DNA of 64,000 nucleotides from Paragordius varius (Eukaryota > Animalia > Nematomorpha). The DNA is taken from assembly GCA_964247055.1 (NCBI GenBank), contig OZ176053.1:7750001-7814000 (forward strand). The letters are read 5' to 3'. A program made the translations under genes and the position numbers. Under the pieces are notes generated by a model that saw nothing but the letters and a program-made list of their open reading frames with translations, was not told where the DNA came from and did not search any database. Position 1 is the stretch's first letter; each line of letters opens with the position of its first letter. Shown here in pieces: positions 12,570-28,952 of the stretch.

Positions 12570-13580
12570 CTAGGGTAAATCTCGTGCTGCTACGCAGCCC
12601 GAGGAAGTCCTTCGGACTTCTGGAGGGGGGGATCTTTGATTTTATAAGCAGTTATGCTGACGAAGTTTTAAAATGATTCACATAGTCTCATAAGTTTTCT
12701 GAAATTTGACTTTAAAGGCATGCTGTATCGATATGATGGCGCAGTTGTAGGCGGGTAGCCCCCTACCCAGAGGTCAATATAAAATAGTTAGATAAAAAAT
12801 TTTGCCTTTTACCTGGAATCATCGTTCACTCCTAATAGTTTATGGAAGAATGGCTTCAAAACTAAATAATAGTTCAATGATAGCGCATTTTTAGGGAGTA
12901 AAGGGCCTATTTAACGGCTAATTCAAAAAATCCGCTCGACTAAAATTTTTGACTTTTTACAGGTAATACTTTAAGCAGCTAATAAACTCATATGGCCTGA
13001 TAGGTTTGAAATTTAGCCCCAGAAGCACGCGATTTAGATATGACGGGTCAGTTTTTCGCGGGTAGCCCCTTACTCAGCAGCTATCATCAAAGAAATGCCT
13101 GACTAAAATTTTTGCCTTTTAACAGGGAATCCGTGGAATCTTTATTGAATTTTTACGGTCTCATAACTTGGTCGAAAAATAGATTCAAAAAATTATTTCT
13201 GTGGACTTTGTTTTTTGAAAAAAATGGCATTTTACGGGGGGAGCGGGTAAAAAGAGGGCCTAAATAAAAAATGCGAGACGACTATGTTCGGCGCAATCCA
13301 AAATAAGGAAACAAAAATCATATTTGAAATTGAATGGTCCAACACGATTTCCGGAAAATTGTCTCAAAAACACGATTTTTGTGGACTTCTGTTTTTTAAA
13401 AAAACCGTTTTTCACACGGGGTGGGCCCGAACTGGGGGCCTATTTCAAAAAAAGTGCGAAGCTATTGTCGGGACATTTATTAATGATTATATTTTTTCGA
13501 TGTTTGGATTTGAATGGGTCTATCGGTTTTCCGGTAACAGATCACAAAGCCAGCATTTTCCATTTTTATAAATATATAGA
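12570..13580 (-). mobile_element. Non-autonomous Helitron
   Basis: Minus strand starts A|TCTATATATTTATAAAAATGG and ends with the GC hairpin CTCGGGCTGC-GTA-GCAGCACGAG, 7 nt, then CTAG|T. This is the canonical TC...CTAG between A and T. Internal ~330-350 bp diverged repeats. Second copy at 39723-41175. Confidence 0.85.
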
Positions 13581-14416
13581 TTACAATATAATATAATTAA
13601 TATTCCTGATTTCCACATCATTTTGTTTAGTTTTAAAATAGTATATATCAAACAATATATTGCATGGATATTCGGGAAATTTCTGCTTTAAAGAATTGTT
13701 CCGGAAAAAATGTGATATAAATTTAATGATGGAAATAAACTTTTTATTAATATATAACTAAGCTTAGTCGAGCCATTTGAAGCCCCTGTGTTTAGCCGCT
13801 ATTCCGTAAAAATACATTTTTAGCTAATAGTTTCCAAAAATATTTTAAAACCAATTTTTCCTAAAAGGGCAAAATGTGTGAATTCATTGATGGTACGTAT
13901 TTTTTATATAAAGTAAAAATTAAGATTCACTTGTATATAAATTGTGACATCCCAAGCTGAAAACTATGCCAGCATAAATAAAATCGGGACGATTAAGCAA
14001 TTTCATACAAAACGTATTTAATTTAATTCCACCCTCAAACATTTTTATAAATAATGCACCAATCATAGTGAAGGTATTGAATTTTTTCCATGTATATCCC
14101 ATCTCTAATAAAAAGGCTTCAGAAATTTTTCACCCATCATCAATTGCAAAAAAATAAATTCCACATGTTAGCGGTAACATATAAAAAATTCAGGGATATT
14201 TAATATGATACTTTTGTGAAAAGTTTTTTTCACAAATGACCTATTTCGTCACACCTAAAAATTTCGAAAATAATTTTCCGGATAACGTGTGCGCTCATTA
14301 TGAATATAATGTAAATTATTTGTTTATTAAGATCCCGAGCACATACAGCTATGATTTGTTATTTAAATAAAGGTTATGCCGCAACATCAAATTTATAACT
14401 TAAGCGAATACATCTA

Positions 14417-15537
14417 CCAAGTGTAGTCACAAGTCATTAGCTGTTTACATCAATGAATACGCAGCAGATATTGCAAACGCCATTCGTCTGAAATTAGACG
14501 ACAAACACACGCAAGTTAAGTTCGCCAAAACTAGCTTTTTATTTTTATCAATCAGCAGGATGCACCTCTTTTCATTCCATCAGAAAAAAGGCTGTTGAAA
14601 GTCATCGTTTTATGATAGACATATTTTAAAAATGCTCCATCAATTATAACTCTGAAACATGGTTTCAAAAGTTTAAAAGTTATAATTTCAATACAGAGAG
14701 TGGGCACTCGGGTAGACCACACAACTGCAAAGACGATAAAATGCAAGAGTTGTTGGATGATGACTCAACTCAAACTCGATGGAATTGACGCTATACATGA
14801 CCACTAAAAACAAGCAAAAGAAGTCTATCTTGGAAATACCAATATTGCTATATGGCTCTCACACTATTTGAATGAACGTCAACTTTAAAATCAAAAGTGA
14901 TTTGTGAAATACTGTTTTAAAGTCACGAAAGAAAATTATTGAATGAATTTAAGAGCAAATTTATTAAGCAATTCCAAGGCGGTAAAATCTTGGCTTTCTC
15001 CTGCCTCAGCCGGTCCATCACAATGTTAAATCGCTCCGACAAAAAGCCATACCTCTTGAGAGCAGAGTTGTATTGTGTATTATGCTTTTCAAACCTGGTG
15101 AACCCCTAATACACAACGCTATCGCCTATTAATGATTAATTTAAATCATGAATTAATAAAGAGGCGACCGAGATGGGCCAGAAGACTTTGTTACATGACA
15201 ATGCTCCGTCTCACACAGCACCAGCAAAAGACAACTTCAAATCTCTTGATGAAAAATTCTTCCGCATCCGCTGTACTCTCCTGACTAAGGCTAGAGTATT
15301 CCCGATTCAATGAGGCGCACACGCGCAGATCAGCAAATAATTTCAAAAAGTTGGAAAATCGCTTAACAAATGGTTTGCTCAAACTACATCAGTTTTTCTG
15401 GCATGGCATTCATATATCTGTTGGGCGAAATGTGTAGATATATCGACATTTCGAATAAAATGAATAATTTGTTTCTTTGCAGAATTACATGTATGTTTAC
15501 TAAAAAACCGGTAAAAACTTATGGCTACTACGCCTGG
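14417..15537 (+). mobile_element. Degenerate mariner (DD34D-type) element
   Basis: TA at 14415-16 and 15538-39. Imperfect TIRs CCAAGTGTAGTCACAAGT / ACTTATGGCTACTACGCCTGG. Fragments WFQKFKS..SGRP, LHDNAPSHTA and HP.YSPD-like motifs; many frameshifts. Confidence 0.85.
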
Positions 15538-18500
15538 TAAATTGACGAAGGGGAAAACTCACGACAGAAATGGATTTAAGTCAGAGTGATAGGACATAGA
15601 GAGTATATAGGCCTTTACATTTTGTTTTGAAAATTTTAAATACTGATAAGCGCTCTTTATGGCAAGTTTGGGGCATTATTTTAAATTCTGAACCATCAAA
15701 TCTATCTAAAACAATTGAATAAAACAAAGAAGATCTCGAAATTTGACATTCGTCCGATTTTAATTATTGTTTATGGTGGTTGGCCACTTATGTATAATAT
15801 TTATGCCATTGATAAAAAGTTAATAATTGGTCGAATATTAAAATATCTTAGAAGGTTATTATTTATTTGTTAATATATTTAAAACTTCAAAATTGAATAA
15901 AATAATTAAACAAGAACAAACATATTTTAAAACACTTTATTTTAATTAAAAAGATGTCGGACTTATTCTTGATCAAATAGCAGGCAACCCCTTTTAGCGT
16001 GTTTTTACTATAAATTAAATATGTTATTTCCCCCCACCAAATAGGAATATTAGCCGCAAGAGATTTTTTATGGCGGATCGTTAACCGCTCTCTTGATTAT
16101 ATTCCCATTTTATATGTTTAGGTAAATCAAAAAATAAATTTAATTGCAGCATATTAAATATATAGTATATACTCTATAAAACCTCCTCTATAATTTACTG
16201 CTTTACAGCAGTTTATTTTGTTTATGTGTAAATGCAACAAGAAATAATAATATGTATTGGAAAAATTGATAATTAAGAAGTCTGGCACCTTTTTTGACAA
16301 CTCTTTATTGAGTACATGCGTAGGTTCATTCTGGGTAGCTAGCTTTTTATAATCGGAGTGAATAAATTTTTCTTTCGGAATAGTATATATTGCACAATAT
16401 GTTTTACACAACATGAGTTTAAAGTTAATTGTTAAATCCATGTTATTAGTAGTCCCAATAACTAAAAATGGATTGATTTAAATTATTTTTAAATAATATA
16501 AATGAAAATTATGATTACAGATATAATATATTTGTAACAAATGTTATTAAATTTAACGCAAATTGTAATCTATATATAATATATTGTTTAAGAATATTAT
16601 TATCGTAAATTCCTATACTTTTCCGTATTAATTGAGTAATTAGAGAGGTAATTAGATTGATTTTTATTAAATAAAAATTTGGTACAGAAGCGCATATAAT
16701 TTAGTTGTAAAAGGGTAATTATTGAATTAAATTGCTGTATTCTTTTGAATAACCCTCCAAAAGATTTTTGTTTTTTTTTTAATTTTCTGCATAGCGTTAG
16801 ATCTGGTATATGTACGTATTAAGTAATTGCATAATACTTATGTCGAAAATATGGGCGACATAATTTTTAATTGCTTCTTAAGAATTTTTAAAAACCACTG
16901 TTATGCAAAATATCCATATTTTATCTGTTACTTAAGATTGTGTAAACCATCTTAACTTATACAAAATTATAAAAAATTACCCATTAAAATTTAACTTCAC
17001 CAAATATTTACTATAGTACCTTAGATTTAAATGACACAATAGTAATTATATAATTTTAACAAATATGAGAAGATAATTATGTTATGATTATTTTTTTTAG
17101 GAATCACATAGTTTTATTAAATATTATTTATTTTTTTATAATACCTGTGGCTATTTTACATATGAAAGAATGTATACCAATTATCATGCAGTGGATAAGC
17201 ATAAAATTGTTAATTTAGTGCGCATTCTTATTAAAACATTCTTACTTTTGAAACTTTTTATATGTTGTAAGTATATTAACTATCCTTCACTCCTAATTTA
17301 CATATTATAATTATATGATAAATTATGTAGTTTTCATGGATAATTATAATTTATTGAGTAAAAATGGTTTTTTTACAAAACTAAATAGTTCCTATCTTCA
17401 CCCAAAAAATAAATCTCAAATTTGGACGAAAAAATATCTCTTTACTACAAAATGATTTCCAATACACGGTTCTAACTAGCCTCCATATTACACCGATTAT
17501 CATTCACCATTTTTATTAGGTTCCGTTAATGAGTTATCATATATTAAGATTTCTGGGTATTTTGATGGCTACATAAATTTAATTTTTTTCATTTTTATGT
17601 ATATATAGCCGTAGATTAATTTAAATTTAATTTAAAAAATTTAATTTTGAATTATCATAAAAAAGGGTATTGTTGCGGACATTGAGCCATAAATTATTTA
17701 ATCAGGGCCAATTGGGGCCGTCGACCCTATATTGAATGGATCCCCTAATATTGGTCAGCTCTATAAAACCTATAAGCAATCACTTCCTAGGATTCTATTT
17801 GATTCGCTTATGAAACCTTTAATACCTAAAAAGACAGACAAATGATCATTCCTATCTTATAATTATTGTTTATATATGCTTGAAAAGTGTAGCGTTCGCT
17901 TTGACCGAATATAAAATAGAATAAATTAATATTATGAGTTGTTAATTTTTGATTGCAATAATAATAATGAAAAAAACAACAACAATAAAAATCAAATTAA
18001 AATGGCATAATAATTAGAAAGATTTTTTTTCAAAACTCTATTTTCGCCTCTAAACTTATTACATATTTAAAGTGTATTAATGATTTTTTATTGCCTATGC
18101 CTTCTCCATCTATTATTAACCTTTAAATTTAAAGAATTTATCATACCATGCTATGTATAAATTAATATGCAATATATAATATAACAAAATATTTTTTATA
18201 ATATGGTTAATTTTATGCTAATCAATATCATATTTATTATTAAAATATTATAAGTTTTTAGTGAGAGAAGTTAATTAGCCGTAAACAAATTTAATTTTAA
18301 TTTTTATTAATCGATCGCTATATAAATAATAAATAAGGCAATGATGTCAAAGAGCTAACTCATACACTGAAGCTAAATCAATTATGTAATATGATATTGG
18401 TTGAATAAGTCAATATGAATATTTGACACTTAATTTTATTAAAATATCAAACAATTTGGGTATTTTTTTAATCTTTCTAACTTATTCTTTCAAGGATATT

Positions 18501-18939
18501 TTGTGATATATATTTCCCCTTGACTGGAAGAATTTCAGATTAATTATGCCAAATGTAACATTTAATGATACAATATTTATTGAATAAATAAATAAATAAA
18601 AATAAAATTTTAAGCGCGTTTAAATACATATATAATTACATAAATAATGTTGAATATATGTATATATATGTTTTTTAGCTGTATGGCAACTGCAATAATA
18701 CATTGCTATGTCAGGATCAATGTAAAAGCGCTATGTAACAATTTGTGTTGCATTGATTTGCAAATTATTCTACCTTGAGGGATATTTATCTACTTCTTTT
18801 CTATTAGTTGGGGAACAATTTTTGTTGATATGATAGTTTTTATATACGTATCTTATTCTGTAAATTCTGTTTTGTTCAATATATTTTTTCAATGAAATCA
18901 TAAGCATATTGAAAATTAGTACATACAAGGATTTTTGCA

Positions 18940-20901
<1,962 letters not shown>

Positions 20902-21615
20902 TGAAATTTATGGATATGAAATAGGGGCGATATATTATTTTTTTGCAATAATGAAAATCACTTTTCGGTTATTTTTATAGGGATAAATAGTATATATATA
21001 AATTAACAATAATAGATTTTAATTATAATTATCTAAATTAATTAACAATGATTGATGCATCTCGATCAATGGATAAGTTGATAAGATACGTTTTTATATT
21101 TTTAAAAAGGCAAAATACGAGAGGTTCATTAAATTTTCATTATTGTATATAAAAACAACATATATATAATTTTGATGATGAGAAAAATAAAAAGTATATA
21201 ATTTAATTAATATAAAGTCACAAAAATGGTTAAAATACTTGTTTTAATTAAATATGTCAAGTTTTAATTTCAATTAATATCAATTATGATATAAATATAA
21301 GAAAGATTTAATTTGAGAAAAAAATATATGTAGAAATATTGCACGTCAATCATTTATATGTTTTTTTTCAATCATTCTACAAATTTTATAATTTATTATA
21401 TTAAATATGAAATCTTTATAAAAAAATTTTGATAAGATAAAATTTGCCTAATTACAACAAAATGTTATAATATTTTTTAATTAGTTTTCTGTTAAAAAAC
21501 CCAAAAAGGGCCATGTTGCCCTTAAATTATTAAAAAGGATTTATATCGACCATGTTTTCTAATATAAATATTTATTTTAAGGTGATAACTTTAATGGCGA
21601 AATATATTTAAAAAA

Positions 21616-21650
<35 letters not shown>

Positions 21651-24600
21651 AATTAATAATTTAGATTTTAGAAGATCATATTTAATAAACCCTAATTCTG
21701 AATGTTAATACAAATAAAACTGTAAAATATTTGGATTCATTAAATTGACAAAATACTTAAAATCATTATAATTATACTCTAATTATATCTACATAATATT
21801 GTTTGATGTCATTTCAGATTGATGGTAACAAATGGCGCAAGGCAAAAGAATTGAAATTCTTACAAGATAATCAAACGTTTGCGATGATATAATCGATATA
21901 GTTTTATCTGATATCATTAATATTAGTTCATATTCTTATACAAAATCAGAAATTGCATATGAAAAAAAATAATTGATAATTAATTAATTTGAAAAAAAAT
22001 ATATTATAACGATTAAATAATTAAATCCGATTCCAGTTGTTTTAAATAATTGTTCATTGGTAAATATTATTCAATTATGCCGTGATATATTGTATTCCTT
22101 GATAATAAAAAACGATTTAAATGTAAAATAGTTTTGAAAATTGATTAAAAATCATTTATAAGCACAGGGAAGGCTTTGGGCTTGTATTAGTGTTTGAGAA
22201 TTAAATAACAAAAATTGCTTATTGCATATTATCATTATCAACCCTAAGTAAGTAGGCAAAAAACTATCATTGTTCGGAATATAAATGGGAAAAAAAGACT
22301 GTAACCAGGGATAGAACCGCAGCCCATGGCCCTATGCATTCCTTTAAGTGTTTGATATATTCATTTAAATTTTTTCATCTACCGATTCAAAGTATAAATA
22401 TCTGCATCATATAAGTCACAACTAGGAATGCAAATTTGTAGGTATTATACGGTAAACGGCCTTTGAGGCAAGGAAAATATATTTGGGTCTTTTATTTTTT
22501 GCTTGGGGAAAACTGTCATTTTTAATCTTTAAATGCCAAATAGAACATTTCTTCTTATTTTGTATTTTTATAAGTTTCAAATTTGTTATATATTATTTTT
22601 TGTTTCAATGAAACAAAAAGACAATTTCACACTCATTTACGCCGCATTATTATCACCAAATTAATTATATTTGAATTTATTTTCAACTTTTGACATATTT
22701 TGCCTAGGGCAACCGACAAACAAGAGATTTTATTTTTTAGAATATATTATAAATACTATATATGTACTTAACGTGTCAACGAGACCACAATTAAAAGTAC
22801 TGATTTCAATTGTATGCAATACCTTTTATTCTTAAAAAAATCATTTCTTTTGGGAACACATTAATTTTTATATTCTAAAAGTATGTTAAAATGCATAAGG
22901 GATATAATGTGCCAAAAGATGGCAGTTTCATAGAAAAAGACTTTTTGAAAAATAGATAGATGAGATAATTGTTGAATGTCAAAAAAACGAATGAAAACTT
23001 TTTGTACGAAAAAAAACGGTCTTCGCAACAAATTTCTATTATTACCATCTTCTCAAATTACATCGTTAATAATAAATGTTATATATAATAAGGGGGCACA
23101 AAGAGTAGAATATTAAAAAATCATCATTATGAATGATGATAATTTATTCATTTCATTTTATATAATATTTTTATGGTAGACATAGTATCGCAACATGCGA
23201 AATATTTTGTTTTAGCTAATTTTATTCATGGCGAAAAAAGGCTAAATTGTTTTAATGAATAAAATATGAATTGACCAGATTATGCAAATTGTCGCTACAC
23301 CAAATATTTAATAAACTTTATGAGAAGTAATGGGCTCCAATGGTTTTGCTCTAAATAATTATTTTTTTAACACTCCATTACCTTTTGGGGTAGTTTTATG
23401 TTCCAGGGCAATTTCTAGTTTGAATATCTTAAAAAGTATATAAGCTAATAAGCTGAAATTAAAAATATGTTTAATTTAGTCTTGAAGGCGCAATTATAAA
23501 ATTTTTATAAAAAAATTATCATCCTATAAATGCTAAAGCAACAGGCAAATAAATGTGTATTATGGTTAGAAAATGAAAATAATTAGCTTTAAAAAGCTTT
23601 CAGGCTACATTTCACCAGCAAAAACTTTATATATTTTGATTTAATATAAGCTGTTCGTTTCAATCGTGTTTTGAAGCAGTCCCAAATTTAGATTCTAGAC
23701 ACAAAATTGTAAATAATTTAAGCTTTTTTTATTCAGAACATGAGAACAATGTTTGATAATTAAATTTTAACTAAAATAATTTCAAAACTGTAGTTTATTT
23801 AAAAAATTGAGCTTTGTGATTTAAAACTACCACAAAAGGGAGACTAGGATAAAAAAGTGAAAAGGCGATAAAATGTTAATAATGGTAAATAAAACCGAAT
23901 AATTATATATATATATATATATATAAGGTATTGAATTTCTCTTTGCATATAAAATAAATATTTTTTTATTTTAGCTTAGTTGATTAAAATTATCCTACGT
24001 TTTACTTCCTAATGCTACAAAAATAATTTTTCAATATGAAAATAAATTTTTATAAGTTCGATGTTAACAAATGAAATAATAGAGTTACAGGTGATAAATT
24101 TTGTCAAACATCTTTATATTAAATTAATAAGTTTAGTAGGAATGGACTCCAATTTCTAATGACATTTAAGATTAAAGCTCGAACTTTCTTTAATGAATAT
24201 GTAAATGTATATAGACTTTCTTATGACATTAATTCATATTTTTTGTAAAAATTATATTAATATTTAAAATTACTTGACATACATGATTTCAATGTAGAAA
24301 TTTTTCAATCAAATTTATTAAGAACTATTTAAAATAATTTAGGTAAGTCAAAATGTAATAAACAAATAACTGATTTGCTATTTTTTCCAGAAAATCGGAC
24401 CATTTTTTGCGAAAATCTATTAATAGCGGTTTATTGAATGATTCATCTGGCTGCCTTAAAACCGTGATATCAGTTCTTAAATTATGAATATTTTTTGCAA
24501 ACATTAAAATCCCCAATTAAAAGCAATTAGTTTTTTCAATTATTTGTCTGTATTATTAATTTCAATAAAATTTTATTGATGATGGGAAATAAGGAATTAA

Positions 24601-24914
24601 ACGCGACAGGTAAAAAGGTCAGTATCCTTATTTATGAACATTAATTACAATAAGTCAAAAAATATTCTTAATTTATTAATATAATAAAAATTCTTTATAC
24701 CCATATCACTAGTTCAAAAGATGGTAGATATCAATATCATCACCTAAATATATATTTTAAGGTAGGTAAATTATTAATTATCATTTTCCCAGATATTAAT
24801 CTTTACTTTGTTTTGATTTTTATAAACTTGCACCTTTATACGTGTGTTGGGTATATTTTTGTGCTTTATCGATCAAACATATCTTTACATTTTTCACATA
24901 GGTTGTGCGCCTTA

Positions 24915-24939
24915 ATATATATATATATATAATATATAT

Positions 24940-25010
<71 letters not shown>
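24915..25010. repeat. (AT)n microsatellite
   Basis: Directly visible; shorter AT tracts also occur near 3241, 21620, 23905, 48957, 62305 and 63496. Confidence 0.95.
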
Positions 25011-25014
<4 letters not shown>

Positions 25015-27468
25015 AAAGTTAACGAACCAAGTAAATTTTTTGATAACATCTTTATTTTACAATTATATATTATTTGTAGTATCGAAAATGTTGGACATCC
25101 CATAAACACACTTTTATTTTAAATAAACGAATTGTGAGCATATATATAATCAATATCAATTAAAAAAGTATCCGAAAAATATATGTTTTATCTTGGTTGT
25201 ACCACTTTTTGATTTAAACATAGTAGAAATATTTTTTGTCACAATCATCATTAATTTTTAGTTATTTTATATTTTTCATTTTAGTTTGACAAAACAAACG
25301 CCATTATTAATTAAAATAAAATCAAAAACAAGAAGAGAGAGATAGATATGACATTCCGAACTTTTACTAAAGAAAAAAAAATCTTTTTTCTGTGTAGAGA
25401 AAACTACTAATTTAATTAGGCGGATGTTTCAATGTTACTAGGTTATCAATATGGCCTGAAATATATTACATAGTTTATTAATTGCGTATCTGTTAAAAAC
25501 TAAAAATAAAATATGTTTTAACACTATATATCTTAATTAGGCAATACAAAAGGAAGGCACAAATTTTTTAGTCCCTTGTCGTCTATTACAAAAACTATAG
25601 AGATGCATTTTAAACTTAAATATGAAAACTTGCAAATGATAAAGTCGCAAACGATATAGCTAAAAAACAAAAATTATTATTTATTGTATCATATTTATTT
25701 GAAGAAGGTTTATTAATCTAAAATCCTTCGCTCAAAAGTATACATATATGTATTTTAAACAAAAAATTTGTATGGGTGTTATTAATTTCATTTACACTTA
25801 TCTTGAAAACGTATTAAGTTTTATGCGTTAAATTTGAGTTAAACCTTTACAAAATATATTGGTTGTAAAAAATGTTTATGTTGGACAAAAACTACAAATG
25901 TAAAATTTGCACTTTTATATCCATGTTAATTATATATTTAATTATATTTCACTTAAAAACATAATATTTTTAGAAAATTTTTCTAAATGTTTTGATATGA
26001 CCGCATTCTGAATTGTAGATTTTTATATCAGCACAATTAATATTTTAGTTTTATTTGTCAATAATATTAAGTTTGGTTCAGGGCTTTTGTCAAGGACTTT
26101 TTATTAATTTTACACCTAATATTATAAATATGTTAACGATATATAAATTACTATGGTTAATTTGGATAGTACTGTATATGGATGCCGCGAGCCAAATCAA
26201 ATTTATTGCAAAAATGCAAAACCTGACTGTGACCACACAACTTTCTACTCATTATGCACAATAAAAATGTGAGAACCGATGGATGGATACGTTGATATTT
26301 GAGCATGGCCTTCGGCACTTTATGGCCAAATATATTGAGACGAGCCTACTGTGGTCACGGGTTGGCGATCAGTCATAGGTACAGCTGAAATAGGTCGCAG
26401 GAGAAGTTTATGGTAAGGACAGTTTATTTGTACTGGCATCTGAATCCAAATTTATCTATGAAAGCTAAAAATGACTCAATCCAGTTTCTAACTTATTTAT
26501 GTGAATCGTGCAGATAACAGTGTAATCTGCACCGATCTAACAAAAGGGTTTGAAGGACATATGCGTTGGGGCGGTAATACATCCCACTATAAAATATATT
26601 TTGAAACATGTGGTCGATTATCGCCATGTAAAGAAATTACTTTTTTTGTATATTTAGTCATCCATTTTTCCTTTCTCGGATAAAACGTTTCGGCTTTAAT
26701 CAGTAGCATGGTTTATTGATGTTTTATCCCAGAGCAGTTGATAGTACTTTAAACAGCATTGATTTCATCAAATACATATCTTCCTTAAAAGTAAAAGATC
26801 TTGCCTCGATATTATCAATGAAACTGGCTGCTTACCATTCATGTATTACTTTCAGTTTCAAAGTTACTTATAGTGACTCTATTTGATTTCCCACGATTAT
26901 TTTTTTACCGCTAAAGTTTTATAGTAAACTGATATTCCATAACGTCCCAAATTTCTATAATACCATATTCCTTTGTTGCTGCATTTAAAACATATTAAAT
27001 GATTCATAAAGCTTACCCTCAGGTTCAACTTAGTGCGATCGATATGATCTGATTGAGAAATATTTATCATTCTTTACTAATTTATTCGATCATTGTGTTC
27101 GAATTTAAATTGATCAAAATGAAGCATCAAAACCACATTATACAAGCATAATCATGATTTCAAATAATTTTACGCGTTTTATATGCGGTTATGAAAACTA
27201 ATTTGATGCTGTTTTTTTGACGCGAACATTTTAAATGTTTCGAAAACTTGCATGGAATATTGAGCATCTGTTTAAAATGCCGGTGATTGTTAAATATAGT
27301 TAAGCTTATAATTTATGGAAAATGCCACAATTTTAGTGTTTTATTTCTTTGAAATTGTAATCCATTTGGTTGCCCTCTCCGGGCCTTAAGTTGTCTGTTT
27401 TCTCTTTCACCAACTATAATTGGTTTTAATCTTAAAAATACTCAGCATATATATACACACTCCTAACT

Positions 27469-27560
27469 GACAGTGTTTACCCGTGTTCATTATGTGTGGC
27501 TAATGAGTCCGCAACAAGGACGAAAAGCGTCTCATACTATGACACGTGGTAAACACTGTC
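27469..27560 (+). ncRNA. Type I hammerhead-ribozyme-like motif closed by a long stem (probably decayed)
   Basis: GTGTGG-CTAATGA-GTCC-gcaacaa-GGAC-GAAA-AGCGTC-TCATAC. Stem I pairs 6/6 with G-U, and stem II is GTCC/GGAC. The 13-bp outer stem GACAGTGTTTACC/GGTAAACACTGTC is perfect. The core has A at position 5 instead of G. Confidence 0.65.
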
Positions 27561-28952
27561 TTCTTTAAATTTTCGTTTCAAGCCATCTATTGCTTGATAC
27601 GAAGTACTGTGACTTCTAATTGCAAAAGTAGGCTAGGAAAATAATATCCATAATATGTTCTATAGTTTGGATTAAAAGTTTAAAAAACTATTTAAATCAG
27701 CTGTTAACCATGGTTATTGCATATCGCTTATATGACATTTTAACCTATTTTTCGAATTCTGAGGACATATCATTGACTATATATCAATTTAAAAAGACTC
27801 AAAATGCATACCGTTTAAATATTAATTAAATTTAACCATTTGTGAAAGAAATTATCCTTTAGATAATTATTTTTAAGGTTATTTTGCCGAATAAAGTCTC
27901 ATATTTGCAGTATAGGATTAAAAAGTCAACATCGCTTAATGTATAAACACCTAAAACAAATCTATTAATTAATTCGCACACAAAGAATATTATGCATTCA
28001 CCGACCAAAATTAAGTCATAAAAATTTCCGTTTGCTCGTATCTTTTTTGCCAATTAAATTATATATAATTTCAGAACTATAAAAATCACATTTTTATTTA
28101 CACTTGTATATAAAAAAATGAGTAACTATAATATTAAAATTAATGGTTTTACTAAAAAACTATTTGTGATTATCCAATTAATAAAATAAATCAACATATT
28201 TTTTTACGTATCTATCTATATAAGATTAGCTATAAAGCTTTTTATACCATAATAATTCGTGGAAAAAGCTTTGGTATCGTAAAACCAATTTCATGATATC
28301 TTAATTACTATTTTTTTAGTTTATAGGTGTATTACCCAATATTTACATCCTCCCACACCATAAAAAAAGAATAAAATGGTTGAAAGAAATAAATGTTTAT
28401 ATGTTAAAGGAAACTTAATGACTGACCATATATATATATACTTATTTAAAGGTAAGAACGGAGGCCTATAAAAAATCGCTTTCATTCAAATTTTATTTTA
28501 TAACACAAAAAGCTAATAACAATAAATTTCTTGGCGCATGAATATTAAAAAAAAGGTAGTTCAACATTATACCATGGAATAAATAAATGTATAATCAAAA
28601 AATTAAATGGATTCTAGCGTTACCGCGCTTCTATTGATATATATTATATAATGATATTACCTTATTCCTTTTATTTAATGTTCGTGAAAGATTATTATTT
28701 ATGAGGCAAACTCTCTATGTATGTAAGATAAGACTCAAAGGAGCCAATAACAATAAATTATGCCTCCAAAATTATCATATTAGGTTTTTTGATAATAGAA
28801 GCATTTTAATTTATCAAAATTTTTAAATATCTTATTTACATGCATGTGTATTACGTTCTATAAACCAAATAGAATTAATACGTATAATAAATTCTATTTT
28901 TAATTAATACTTTGTATATGAATTTACAAAGTTTGTTTTGATTATACGCTTG

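Noticed and set aside
13284-13596. Similar ORFs at 13284-13596 and 40777-41170 as duplicated genes
   Set aside because: They fall in the 5' end of the non-autonomous Helitron copies, are open in several frames, and show no Rep/helicase motifs.
16044-16106. Imperfect nested stem (GGAATAT/ATATTCC, CAAGAG/CTCTTG) as ncRNA
   Set aside because: Stems are short, no family motif is recognised, and there is a single copy.
16154-16441. 95-aa minus-strand ORF
   Set aside because: No recognisable motif or supporting exons; composition is like the AT-rich background.
22295-22345. B-box-like GGTTCTATCCC on the minus strand as tRNA/SINE
   Set aside because: No A-box or cloverleaf could be built.
24905-25109. 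ORFs rich in IY repeats
   Set aside because: Translations of the (AT)n microsatellite.
26270-26700. GC-elevated patch resembling an RTE 3' end, plus an 8-bp hairpin
   Set aside because: Similarity is too weak to assign by eye.
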